This document shows, in pieces, positions 52,374-64,000 of a DNA stretch of 64,000 nt; the stretch's first letter is position 1, and the number at the start of each line of letters is the position of its first letter. This stretch comes from Vicugna vicugna (Eukaryota): assembly GCA_013265495.1 (NCBI GenBank), contig MU057560.1, positions 694,753 to 758,752 of the forward strand, read 5' to 3'. The position numbers were made by a program, and so were the translations under genes. The notes beneath the pieces are model-generated. The model ran no database searches. It was not told the DNA's origin and saw nothing but the letters and a program-made list of their open reading frames with translations.

Positions 52374-53922
52374 GGGGAGGATGGCTAGACTATTTTTAAA
52401 GTGCAATGTTGAAATCCACCAAATCCGATCTCTTCACGCGTGGCTACTATCCTGGTTGGCGGGTCTTAACTCTGCTTAGAGAAGACATCCACATCCAGAG
52501 GCATGGCCGTGTCGTGTACCTTTGATGACGTCCCCCAAGGGGGCCACCAGAGAAGTAGTGAGTGTCTTGCCCGTGAGCGTCCTGGGGATTTCAGGGACGG
52601 GGCTGCTTCAGCGGCGGGAGGGAGGTGCCTCCCGGCTGTGATGAGCCAGAGTCCTCGGAATGACCCTTTCTGACCAAGCTGCCCAGCCGCGGCCTGGGCT
52701 GAAGCCCCCCGCTTCCTCTCCTGAACCCTGTCATCGGCTGAATCTCCTTAACTGACTCCTGAACTCAGGTGTCCGCCGCTGTTTTCTGGCCCTTGCTCAG
52801 TCAGTCTCTCTCTCTCTCCGTTTCTGTTTCTCTGTCTCTCAATTTTTTCCCCTTCAGTATCGCTAAGATTCTTTTTTTTTCCCCTTGCACGTCATGTCAT
52901 TCGTGTCATCCCCGTGGTCTGTCGCCGTGGTATTCGTGTGCAGCACAAATGATGATTATGTTCTAGACACTCAGAGCACGAACGTGAGCTGGAGCAGGAC
53001 GAAGCCGACCTTCTGCTGGAAGCGGGCATTCCTCAGTCTGCGGTCCCCGTCAGAGCAGCTGCTCGCTGCGGTGCCAAAGGCGGAATTGAAAGGGCATCTC
53101 CTGGCGGGGCGGGGGGACGGGGCAGCGAGCGGACCCTGGTGTCTGCTGCCCCGGGAGATACCCCTGTGCGGAGGGAGGCTGCGTCCCGGCTCAGAAGGAC
53201 CGGCTCTCCCGCTGGCTGGCGTCGGTGAGCTGTGTGGGCTCGGGCCGGCGGGGGCCCAGTCTGGGTGCTGGTCTCCTCCCGGGCAGGAAGCGTTCAGACC
53301 AGGTGGCATCCAAGGTTCTGCCTGCCTCCGACCACTGCAGCGTTTTCACGCAACTCAGCTCATCATCCTGACAGAAACCATGCACCAGGGGACATCATTT
53401 TGGTTTGGTTTTCCTAAGTCATACTTCTGGCATCTAGAGATTCATTCGACTTCAAATATGTTCATTTCACCGTGGCTCCAGCACTTTCTGGACTCGACTG
53501 TTTGTCCTTCCTGCGTGTAAAGCTCACGCGCCCGGGCAGCCCTCGCTTTGCGGTGCTTCACGGGATGGCGTGTCTCACAGACGGAAGGCCTGCGGCCCGC
53601 TGCACGGAGCACGGCTGTCGGCGCCATCCCCCCCGCGGCGTGATTTTTTCTTAATTCGGGCCTCTTAGGTGTTCTCGTGAAATGATGTTTTCCCCTTTAG
53701 TGACTTGCTAGACTTCACTTTGACAGGCAACAAGGCGATGGCGGAAGTGGGTGAGGGGAGGCGCAGTCCCACCGCCAGCAGGACTCTGACTGCTCTGTCT
53801 TGTGGTCACAGCCTCCAGAAATGCAGGTGCTGTGCTACGTCTGTGAGCCTTGGGGTCACAGAAAACACTCTCCCACAAGTGGAAACGTACTGTTTAACAT
53901 CATATTCAAACCAAAAGGGTAT

Positions 53923-54641
53923 TTAATTTTTTTTAATTGAAGTGTGTTTGATTTACAGTGCTCGTTATTTTCTGATGCACAGCATAAAGATTCAGTTATA
54001 CATACACATATGTTATTTTTCATTATCGGTTGTTGCAAGATATTGAATATAGTTCCCTATGCTGTACAGTAGGATTTTGTTGTTTATCTATTTTGTATAT
54101 AGTAGTGTATATCAGTTAATACCAACCTTCTAATTTATCCCTCCCTTCCCCTTTCCCCTTTGGTAAACATGAGTTTATTTTCTATGTCTGTGAGTCTTTT
54201 TCTGTTTGGTAAATAGTTAATTTGTATCATTTTTAGATTCCATATATAAGTGATATCATATGATATTTGTCTTTCTCTGTCTGACTTACTTCATTAGTAT
54301 GATAATCTCTAGGTCCATGCATGTTGCTGCAAATGGGATTATTTCATTATTTTTTATGGCTGAGTAGTATTCCAATGCAAATATACCACATCTTCTTTGT
54401 CTATTCATCTGTCCACGGACATTTAGGTTGCTTCCATGTCTTGGCCATTGTAAAAAGTGCCACTATAAACATTGGGGTATAGCTAACTTTTTGAATTAGA
54501 GTTCCCTCCAGATATATGTCCAGAAGTGGGATTGCTGGATCATATGGTAAGTCTGTTTTTAGTTTTATAAGGAACCTCCATACTGTTTCCCACAGTGGCT
54601 GCACCAATTTACATTCCCACCAACCATGTAAGAGGGTTCCC
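53923..54641 (-). mobile_element. LINE-1 3' end
   Basis: Minus-strand [44 protein letters not shown] is the L1 ORF2 C-terminus. A T-rich tail sits at 53926-53934, with a possible degenerate TSD agggtatttaa / agggaattaa. Confidence 0.94.
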
Positions 54642-56819
54642 ATAGGGAATTAACATAAATAACTTAAGTCATTTTGGAACTGTAAGCTGTGTTGTACAGG
54701 TAGTGACTTTCCTACCACAGGAAGAAAGTGTCATTGAGGCACAGAGCTTTGGGTGGGCCCACACACAACACGGTTTAATCGTATTTCTTGACCACGAGCC
54801 AACATGGCACTGTCCCTGCTCTCAGCCCCGCTGTTGCTTCACCACTGCTGTCTGTGCAGCATCTTGTGCTTTTAATGACGACGTTTATCTCATTCACACC
54901 GCGGGCTCCCCCGGTTACAATGGGTTGTGTTAGGACAGGAAAAGCCTACTGACTGGTCGCGCTCAGGCTGCCTGTAGAGGACACGGCGGAGACAGAGGAA
55001 AGCCCTCGCATTATTTATAGACTCATTTCAGTGCTAAGACGCTGCTCTACAGTGACATCCCTCTACCCAGTTTCCCTGGTGTATTTTGGAGACAGGAACA
55101 GCTGACAAATACAAGAAATTCAGACGAATTTCAGTGTAGAAGTGTTGTCACTGTCGTGGGGCCTGTAACTAGGCAGAACGATCAGAGCAACACCATGGCT
55201 GAGGGAGAAGCCCTTTCTATTTGACCACGAGTCCCTTAAAAATCGCTGCCTTCATTTCCCCTCGCATGTTCCCTGAAGTTAACACGGTGCCGGCCGGCCG
55301 CATAGCGTGGTTCCACGTGTGTGCTTCAGTGAACTAAGAGCTAAGCGAGGAAGGAAGCCCAGAGGTCCCGGTGGCTTCAAGAGGGTGGCAGCAGAAGGAA
55401 ACAGAAAAGTCAAGGGCAGCACAGCGGGCACATGATCCCCCTTCTCTCGCTCATGGTTCTGTTTCCGCCTCCCGTGGGGACCCTGCTTGCAGCCCGGGTC
55501 ACCGCACCTGCTGTTCCAATGACTGTTCACCTTGAATTTGTCTGCCATTTTCCCATCCATGCAGTCTGCTGCTGTCAATATCTCACTAATACGTTAGTGA
55601 ATTCACTCTCTCGTTTTATTTTTTTCCCTCTTGCTTGAACTACAGAGGTGAGCATAGAGGAAAATCGAGGCTCTGTGTTTGAACACATTCTTTCTCTCCA
55701 TTTTCCAGCAGAACTCCAGCTTCTTGGCTCTCTTCCCCTAAGGATGACTTTTTCAGGCAGATTTTGATTCCTGAGGACCCTTGCAAACTGTAAAGGTCCA
55801 CAGGTGTCTACAGACTGCAACGTGCTAGACGTGGGTGGTGGGCGTGTCCAGGGTGAGTCTGTACATAAGTCTGAGTGAAGTAGGGCTTCCTCGTGCCCGT
55901 CACCCTCTCCCACACTGAGCCCCCTGGAGCCAGTGAGCACGGGGGCCACTGATCGGATTCAGGCTGGAATGCTTAACTTACAGAGGTGATGGTGATCATG
56001 CCACAGTTTGAAAATAGCTCTGTGTCGTTTCCTTCAGATTTCTCATTCCATTTCTTGGAGGAGTGACATAGTTCGTCCGGCGTATTTAGTATTTTTCCTG
56101 GGACTTAGCTCTTTCATTCCCATCACGGATGGGACGTGATTCTGTCTACCCTCTTGAAAGCAGAGAGCAAGGGGATATTTAATAGTCTTCTGGACAAATA
56201 CACAGCAGCATGAATGAGATACTGGTGTGTGTATTTTTGGTTCTGGCAGTGAAGAATAGGATCTGAGGCATGAAAGGAAAGATATTTATAGTATTTCCTG
56301 GTCATGCATTTACTTGCCCAGCTACCTCAGCTGTGGCTTGTTTATTGTGTTCATGCTAATTACAGCAATGCCACGGAATCCGATCACACCCTGTACGGAA
56401 ATGGTTAGCTGTTCTGCGTTACATATTCAAGACCAAGTACATGATCGACATAAAAGCTCCTACTCCACCGACATCAATCAATCTAAATTTGACCATATTT
56501 TCCAGAAGTGAAATATGAGAGTCATGCAAACTGCCCCTCCCCCAGAAACACACACAGAAGGGCCCCATCTCAAATCCAAAGACAATGTATGGTATCCAGA
56601 TTGCCCATTTAAGAAAGAAGCAGACTACGTTTTCCCCCTTACAACACTCTTCTTTATCGGCCAGTTCGAATCACTGATGGAACATTTTAAATGTGACATG
56701 TGTTGTGGTACTTAGAGCAGACACTGCTTCTCTGGGTGTGACACACATCATCACAGGCAGGTTTCCACGCGCACCGATGCACGCCGAGTGTGCGCTGCGT
56801 GGTATGTAGCGCACACAAT

Positions 56820-56990
56820 TTGGAATCTGAAGGTCTGACTTTGTGGCTTAGAATCTCCAGTTCCTACACTGGTGCACTTCCCTCATCTGAGCCTCAGTTC
56901 CCTCCTTGAGAAAATGGCTCAGTACCTCCCACCTGTCTCTGAGGCTAATGGGAGGTTGAGAAGCACTTCATGAAGCTCATGAATGATTAT
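56820..56990 (+). mobile_element. MIR SINE fragment
   Basis: CACTTCCCTCATCTGAGCCTCAGTTCCCTCCTTGAGAAAATGG. Confidence 0.6.
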
Positions 56991-59900
56991 ACAGCATTTT
57001 TACAAAGACGGGCCAAGATGCTTTGGAAATTGAAGCAGCATCCGGCAAAGAAGGCAATGCCACCCTCTGGGGATGTAATGATTTTGTGTGCATAATGTAG
57101 GCGGTCTTTGTCTGAATACTCTCAGACAGAAGACATGGAAAACAAAGAGAGCAAAATGTAAACCCATCTCAGTGGCATCATTTAGACAAAGTTTTCTTAA
57201 TAGGTTAGGGACCTCGCTGAAATTAAGATACTGAATTTCAAAAGCATGGACTCCAGTAGGTACCGCTGCAAAGCTACAGGGATCTTGTCAGGCTGGGAGC
57301 AGCAGGGGTGGATGTTAAGTCCAGCAGGGAACGGCCAGGCAGGGCTGAAGTTCACCTGCAATGGGCACACTTAAGCCAGGCCAGCTACCCTCCCTGTTGC
57401 TCGAGCTGTTTATAAAGTTCTGCAATTTCAGCAGTATTAGGAGTTGACAGTAAATAGGAGACCATCAGTAAGTGATACAGGAAACTAAAGCACACCTTGA
57501 TGACGATTAATGTTGTCATTCAGGGTCCATGTTGCCAAACGACACAGCAAGCACCTCGCTCTCAGAAAGGCAGTTCTCCCCTTTTCACCGACGTGGAAGC
57601 TGATGGAGTCCTGTTGGAAAAAGCATTTCCAGACAGCTTGATCAGGAATCTTGATCAGCTGTGTTTTTTTCTTTTTTTTTTTGGTCCTGTCCATGAAACA
57701 TGGGACCATGTGAAGACCGAAATAAAGCTCAGGACTTTCCATCAGATGCTCAGTCTGGCTACAGATGAACTGTTGTATATTTCACACCTGGAGAACACCC
57801 GGTTGTGTCCATTGTGATGAAATTACAGCTTGTGCTTAAAAGACAGGGTCCTTACAGATTTGTATAATTCCGTTAAGAGACAGTCATGTTTGGAATGACT
57901 CAGTATGTGCTGAAGTCACTCTGATCAAAGCTTTTACCTGTTTAAGAGTCCAAGTTACTTTGGCTACAAGAGGCGCATTCCATATTAAACAAGTAAAGGG
58001 GACCATTTACCTGTCTGATGTGTTACAAAAAATCATTTCAGATCACTTTTTGTCTCAGTATTTTCCATTACGGAGTGTCAATATCCTATAATTACTGTCC
58101 CATATGTATATACTTAATAACTATTTGCTAAGCATCAGTTCTGTCCCAGCCACCACGTTGAGATCACTAATGAAGAATACACTTTCTACTTCAGCTGAAC
58201 ATTTATTTAGTGAGCACCTGTAATGTGCCAGACATTGATTTGAGGCTGGAATATAAAGGGAAACTCCCAGTCCTGGGATCGCTGGGGGCGGACAGGGAAC
58301 CCATACACATGTAGGATTTCAGTGCCCTGTGTTAAGCAGGGGGATGGCTGTTAGAAAGAAATACCGTGCAGACACTGTTGGATAATAACTTTCTTCTAAG
58401 AGTCACCTCGGGGTGTTTTCCACTGTGATGAGGCAAAGAGATTCACTCCTTTTGAAGGAGACTGTGCTTGGTGTCCCTTCCCTTCTGGAGATAAGCGGTT
58501 AAGGAGGGTGCACAGTGCAGTCTGTCTGAAAGACGCAGACCTGGAAGTCCAGAAAACATGGTGCAACTCCAGGCGCTGTTTATCTTGAACGTTTCTCCTG
58601 AAAGGCTGAGTCCAAGAATCACAGAGAAGCCACAGAAACGTACTGGAAGCAAAGTAGCGTTCTCACCTGTCACTACGTTTTGCTGGAGGTTGACCTTGGG
58701 AAGGTCATCGTCAAATACTTGCCTTGAGACTCTCCATATCCACAGAATGGGAGTGATAAAATCTTCCTTGTCTGTCTCCAGATTTGTCTCCAGACCAAGG
58801 TGACAACTGCTTGTGACAATATCATAAAACAGAACATGGTATAGAGCATGGGGAGTATTCTTTTCCTCCATTGTCAAAGGACCCTTATTACACTAGGGCA
58901 TAGAATCAGCATGTATTCGTGTGTATGTTTTCAAATGGACTACAGGAGGGTTAAGACCCGTGTTAGGAGACCCGTGTGTGTATATAAGTTAGATCTTAAT
59001 TCAGTTGCTTTTTAAAAAGTTGGACAGATTTCTCTGTGCATCTGGGTGCATCAGGCCAACTTTTGAACAAGTGATATAAAAGCAAAAACAAAAACAAAAA
59101 CATAAAACCCGAGTGTGAACATACTGATAATCTGTACGTGTACGTTTTGCTTTGGTGCACTTTCCCGCGTGCTGTTAGGCCATTTGCTTTCTCCTGGCGT
59201 TTTAAACAGAGACCTCTGAGTAGGACCCTGCAGAGTCATCCCAGAGAGTCCCCGAGCCAGGACGGTGGAGAAGGGCTGGGTGGGGCCGAGGTCAGGGACT
59301 CCTCTGTCTCTGAAGTCACTGGAGGTGCTCCACGCCCAGCACCGTCAGATCCACCTTTCAACTTTGTACCTAGTTTGCAAGGCGCCGAGTGGGCCTCCTC
59401 CCACTACTCAGCCCTACGTACACTTCTGGGTTAACCCTGAAATCCACCATTCATTCATCTCAACGTTTTGACTGGCTCTCTCACCCAAACAGATAAAGCA
59501 AAACCTCTTTTTCTGACACTGGAGAAATTTCTTTGTTAAATAGGAACATCGTTTTAAAGAATCAATAACACCAATGTATTGGTGTTAATGTGACATTAAA
59601 TCTTGGGCGTTTTTTTCCCCAGGACTAATGCAGGTCCTTCAGCTAGGGGCAGGGTGACCTGATGGCTTGTAGGAAAGGACAGTACGTAGCTGCAATATTA
59701 AATCTCAGGTGAACTCACCATGGGATTTGTGACATATTTAATGTGTGAACAATGTTTGTCCAAAAATATATACAGATTTTCCTACTTAGTGTCAGGAAAT
59801 AGCGCTGGACATGAAGATAACTAGTTGTCCCTGATCAAATGTGGAGCGCGTGCTCACGGAGGTGTGTAAGTTGCCTACCACTGAGAGTTACTGCTCGAGT

Positions 59901-60844
59901 ATAGAATTTATGCTCCCAATCCCTCATGTCACTCAGGATGACTCACTTTGGAATGAATGGCTTTAAAAGTCACAGGGATTTTGGTGGCTTAATTGAACAC
60001 AGGGAAATAAAAGCATCTAAGTGAGACTTTCATTGAAATGAGAAAAACTTGGCCTTTTAACATCTCTTTAAAAAAAAAAAACAAACCTCAAATACAATCA
60101 TTTCCTCTCTCTCTTGTAAAGAAAACAGATTACATTTCAGTTGGACTGCTAGGGTGTTTGTGTTAGAGGAAGGCCAGGGTGTCCTATAGGAGAGGCTCAT
60201 TCCAGGAACGTTCTTTGCAAAACTTTGCTCTTTCCCTGGCCCGGCCCCCTGCTCAGTGTTTGGCTCCGCCTGGACGGTGATGATGCTTTCTACTGAAGCA
60301 TCCTTCTCCGCACCGGCCATGACTCTGCATCTCAGCTGCTCTTTCAGACCGCGCCCTGCCATCTCCGTAAGGACTCGCTGCTCCCCAGACACCTGTCTGA
60401 GCCTCGTCTCTCCAGAGACTCCCTTTAGAAAGCTGCTGTCACCACCGTATGCTGTTCCTTCTGCCTCGTCCCAGACTCCCCGAGCGACGATCCCTCTGCA
60501 GCAGCTCTGGCCACCGTGGTGCCATCCTCCTGCCTGGAGACAGCAGCGCCCGGCGTGGGCAGGTGTTCAGATGCAGGAGCTGCGGTTGCAGGTGTAGGGG
60601 AGCCAGGTGCTTCATGAGCCTTGGTGCCTCTGGCTGCAGATGGAGCCGCAGGGAGGGACCCTTAACGGCAGAGCTGGCTGCCTGCCAGGGCTCCCGCTGG
60701 CCCTGGGCACAGACACCTGGCCTGGCCACCGTCGGCCATTTATCAAGGATGCACGGTGTCCTGAACTCACCACTTCCCCCGCCCCTGCGCTCCCATTCTC
60801 TCCCAGGATTTATGCTCTGTCTGATCCCCTTGCTCAGGTTAAGC

Positions 60845-61115
60845 CCTTGCTACTAAAACCTGGTCCCCAACCAGCAAAACTGACATCATCTGGAAGCTTC
60901 CTAGAAATGCAGGCCCTCAGAAATCAGCACCCCATCCACTTTGCTGCGTCACTTCAGATACTGCTTCAGTCCCTGCAGTGTGGCCTGAGGGTCCTGGAAC
61001 ATCCCCAATGGTTCTCCAGGTCACCATCTCACCTCTCACCTTGGCCCTGAATCAAACTGAATTGAATCGAATCAGATTGGAAGCCGCATTTTCACGAGCT
61101 CCCAGGTGATGGGTG
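60845..61115. mobile_element. hAT-Charlie MER5-like remnant, interrupted
   Basis: CATCATCTGGAAGCTTCCTAGAAATGCAGGCCCTCAG ... GAATCAGA...GCATTTTCACGAGCTCCCAGGTGAT. Confidence 0.5.
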
Positions 61116-62514
61116 GAGTGCACTGGGGGTCCAGGGAGCCCCGCCAGCCACCTGCCCAGACCCACGACGTGGGGTTGTTGACCAGACCACTGACCTGTCA
61201 TTTCCTTGCTCAAAACCTTTCAGAGACACCCACTGTCTCCTGAAATGGGGACAAAATCCTCTGTCTGACCCAGGTATCCTAAGGAAGGCCTGACCGTTCC
61301 TGTTCCGGCCACCCCCTCACCACCTCCTGGCTAAACCCTGGCCCTGGGTCACACGCCACCCGCGGCCAGTGCTGCAGCGAAAGACACGTTGATGTTCCAG
61401 TTTTTTCAAACTGGAGCTCAGGCACTTTACAAACATGGATATAAAGCAACAGAGTGAAATCAAATGTAAGAATTCTAGACAAAGGAAAACCAAGGTTAGA
61501 AAAAGCCAGTAAAACAGTAATTCAGCGCAGCCCACCGATGTGTTCCTCGAGGCTCAGGATCCCTGGGGCCAAATATCCCGCTTCAAGTTCATGGGTCGCC
61601 AAGTGCAAAGGGAAGCGGGAAGCCTCGCCCGAACCCTGGGGGCTTTCACGTAAAAACAAACTAGATGATTTTTCAGAATACGTCATTTTTAGCACTGAAG
61701 CATGGAGGAACTGTGTTCCCGCGAAACCTCCCTGTGAGAGGACATTTTTGTGAAGAGCATCTTCTGTGATGGTGTCATAGACTAAATCCGACAGTGAGAG
61801 CCCCCTTTTATTTCCACTGTCCTTCACTGTGAGGTGTGAGCCAGCCCTTGGGACCATCCTCACACCCCAGAGTTAACAAAATCCCGAGAGGTCAAACAGT
61901 AGGATGGAGGGTGCTGCCTCCGTGGACGGACCACGTGCTGCCTGAGGGTCGGAGCAGTGGGAACACTGTGCGGGTGTCCTGTCTCCCACGACGCTTACGT
62001 CATCAGAGGGTTTCAGCTGAACTCTCTAGAGAAGACCACGACTGCAGAGACTGAGCACTGGTGATCAAGGACAGATTTCATCAGTCGATGGGGACATGTC
62101 TCAATTTTCAAACCATGCTTGCCAGTCCAGTCTTCTCTTCTTGTCAAAGTTAAGACTATTCACATACTTGGTTTAGATCATTGTCTCTATGAAGGAGTCA
62201 AATATTCTAGAGGTAGACCCCGCTGACCCTTGAAATGCAATTTTGTATTTTTGTCCACTATACCAATAACCGTGATCAGGAATCACAGAGGCCATGGAAA
62301 AAGTAATGCCTTAAAACTGGCCGATAAATTTATCCTGTGGTCACTTAAACCCTTTCTGACCTTCCTGGCATTAAAGAAGAAAAATAGTTTCCAGCAAGAA
62401 ATCAAAATGCAATCCCTTCAAAAGACTCTTGCTTTGATTTCTTCATGGTGTCAACTGACTTTTAGAGCTTCCTGCAGTGTACAATACTGGAGAGAGAGTA
62501 AAGAAAAAGAAAAA

Positions 62515-63268
62515 TACTATATTCATTACCTTGTAGTAGCCTACAATGAAAAAGAATATGAAAAGGAATATATATATATATATACATTTATAGCCAAGAT
62601 ACAGAAACAACTTGAGTGTCCACTAACAGATGAATTGATAAACATGAATATATATACATACAATGGATAATATTATAGATGCGTACACCCAATGGAATAT
62701 TACTCTGCCACGAGAAAGAAGGGAATTCTGTCATTTGCAGCAACACAGATGGAACTTGATGGTGTTATGCCCAGTGAAATAAGCCAGACAGGGAAAGACA
62801 AATACTGCAGGGCATCATTTATGTGCGGAAACTAATATATATATATATATTTTTTTAAAATAAAAATATATATATGTCATTTTGAAGCCAGCCCCACAGA
62901 AAGAGCATAGAAGCATGGTTATCAGGTCTGGGAGCTGGGGACATAGACAGAGGTTGTGAAAGGGCACAAACTTTCAGCTATAAGATGAGTAGCATCTGAG
63001 GATCTAATGTACAATGTGCTGGTGGTACTGGACAACATCACAGCATATCGTGGAAATTTGCTAAGAGAGTAGAATAACCTAAATGTCCCCTCTCCCAAAA
63101 GAGACACATCCGTGAGGTGCTGGATATGTTATTAACTAGATGGGGGACTCCTCTCATAATGTGTGTGTACATATCCACATACCACGACACGCACTTTGAA
63201 AATCTTGCAGTTTTATATGTCATTGAATACCTCAATAAAGCTGAAGCCTAAAAAAATATCAAATAAAA
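62515..63268 (+). mobile_element. LINE-1 3' end (L1MA/MB-like), preceded by a short piece of a younger L1 3'UTR
   Basis: TAGCCAAGATACAGAAACAAC...ATGGAATATTACTCTGCC...AGTGAAATAAGCCAGACA...CTCAATAAAGCTG. The 62518-62585 segment resembles the 13170-13225 L1 tail. Confidence 0.88.
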
Positions 63269-63299
63269 ATTAGAAGGTTTGGAGCTACTACACACTCAG

Positions 63300-63470
63300 C
63301 TCTTCTTCGTTGATCTCATTTAATCCTGATGGCACCTAGTAAAGTAAGGATTCAAAATTCAATTTTAAAGTTAAGGAAACTTCGATTCCGCAACGGTAAG
63401 TCACTTAACGCACGTCAGAGGGTTAGCACGTGCCAGAGCCTGGTTCTCATTCAGATTTGCCTGACTGCAG
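63300..63470 (-). mobile_element. MIR SINE fragment
   Basis: TCTCATTTAATCCT...AAGGAAACTT...GGTAAGTCACTTAAC...GCCAGAGCC. Confidence 0.6.
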
Positions 63471-64000
63471 AGATCATTTCAAAATCCGTTTCGACAAAAG
63501 CTCACTGAGTACCTACGAAGCACATGGTACCTACCGCGCTATATGCTAGAGAGCCACACCAGCTTTTAAAAGCTTGGTTTCTACCCTCAAGGATTTTATG
63601 ATCCAGAGGGACAGTCAGGGGTGCAAGCAACTCGGCAAAGCCCGCCGTGAAGCAGCCGCTCCCCCGTTGGGGGGGATGTAAACAAGGCCGGGTGCGAGAC
63701 CCAGAGGGGAGGGCTTGCTCTGACTCAGGGATCCAGACACACTTCCAAAAGCAAATGATGTTTGAGCAATGCCTTGAGGAATGAGTGGGATTTTGTCAGA
63801 CAGACAAGATGGGAAGAGCACTCTTCTCACTTTACAAGGGCCCCCGGATGATGTTTATTCAGAAGTAGGTAGGAGCATCTGAGGTCATTGTTTCATGTTG
63901 TCAAACATCCGTGAACATTTGCACTGAAGTCTCTTTGTCTGGAATGAACCCCTGGAGGGCGGGAGCCCTGTCCCGCTTCTCTGGTATCAGCGATGCCTGG

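Noticed and set aside
62836..62876. AT-rich quasi-palindrome
   Set aside because: Low-complexity (TA)n/T/A slippage product inside an old L1.

Overview
Mammalian genomic DNA, most likely a camelid (inferred from four tRNA-Ala-derived SINEs resembling the camelid Vic-1 family). The window holds one protein-coding gene, the intronless SoxC transcription factor SOX11 (minus strand, 43303-44646, 447 aa). It sits in a promoter/CDS CpG island and has a long (~7 kb) 3'UTR with a candidate proximal poly(A) signal (41874-41879) and a candidate distal one (36287-36292). The flanks are gene desert with LINE-1, L2, MIR, MaLR/ERVL LTR and hAT remnants, microsatellites and a 40-N assembly gap. I see no evidence of a new coding system; the other ORFs in the track look like GC-rich or repeat-derived artefacts. 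The best leads are regulatory: a second CpG island inside the 3'UTR just past the proximal poly(A) site, a stop-free in-frame 5' leader with G-quadruplex potential, candidate SOX/POU and AP-1 enhancer clusters, and a probable twin-primed (5'-inverted) L1 insertion. Repeat family names and boundaries were assigned by eye and are approximate.
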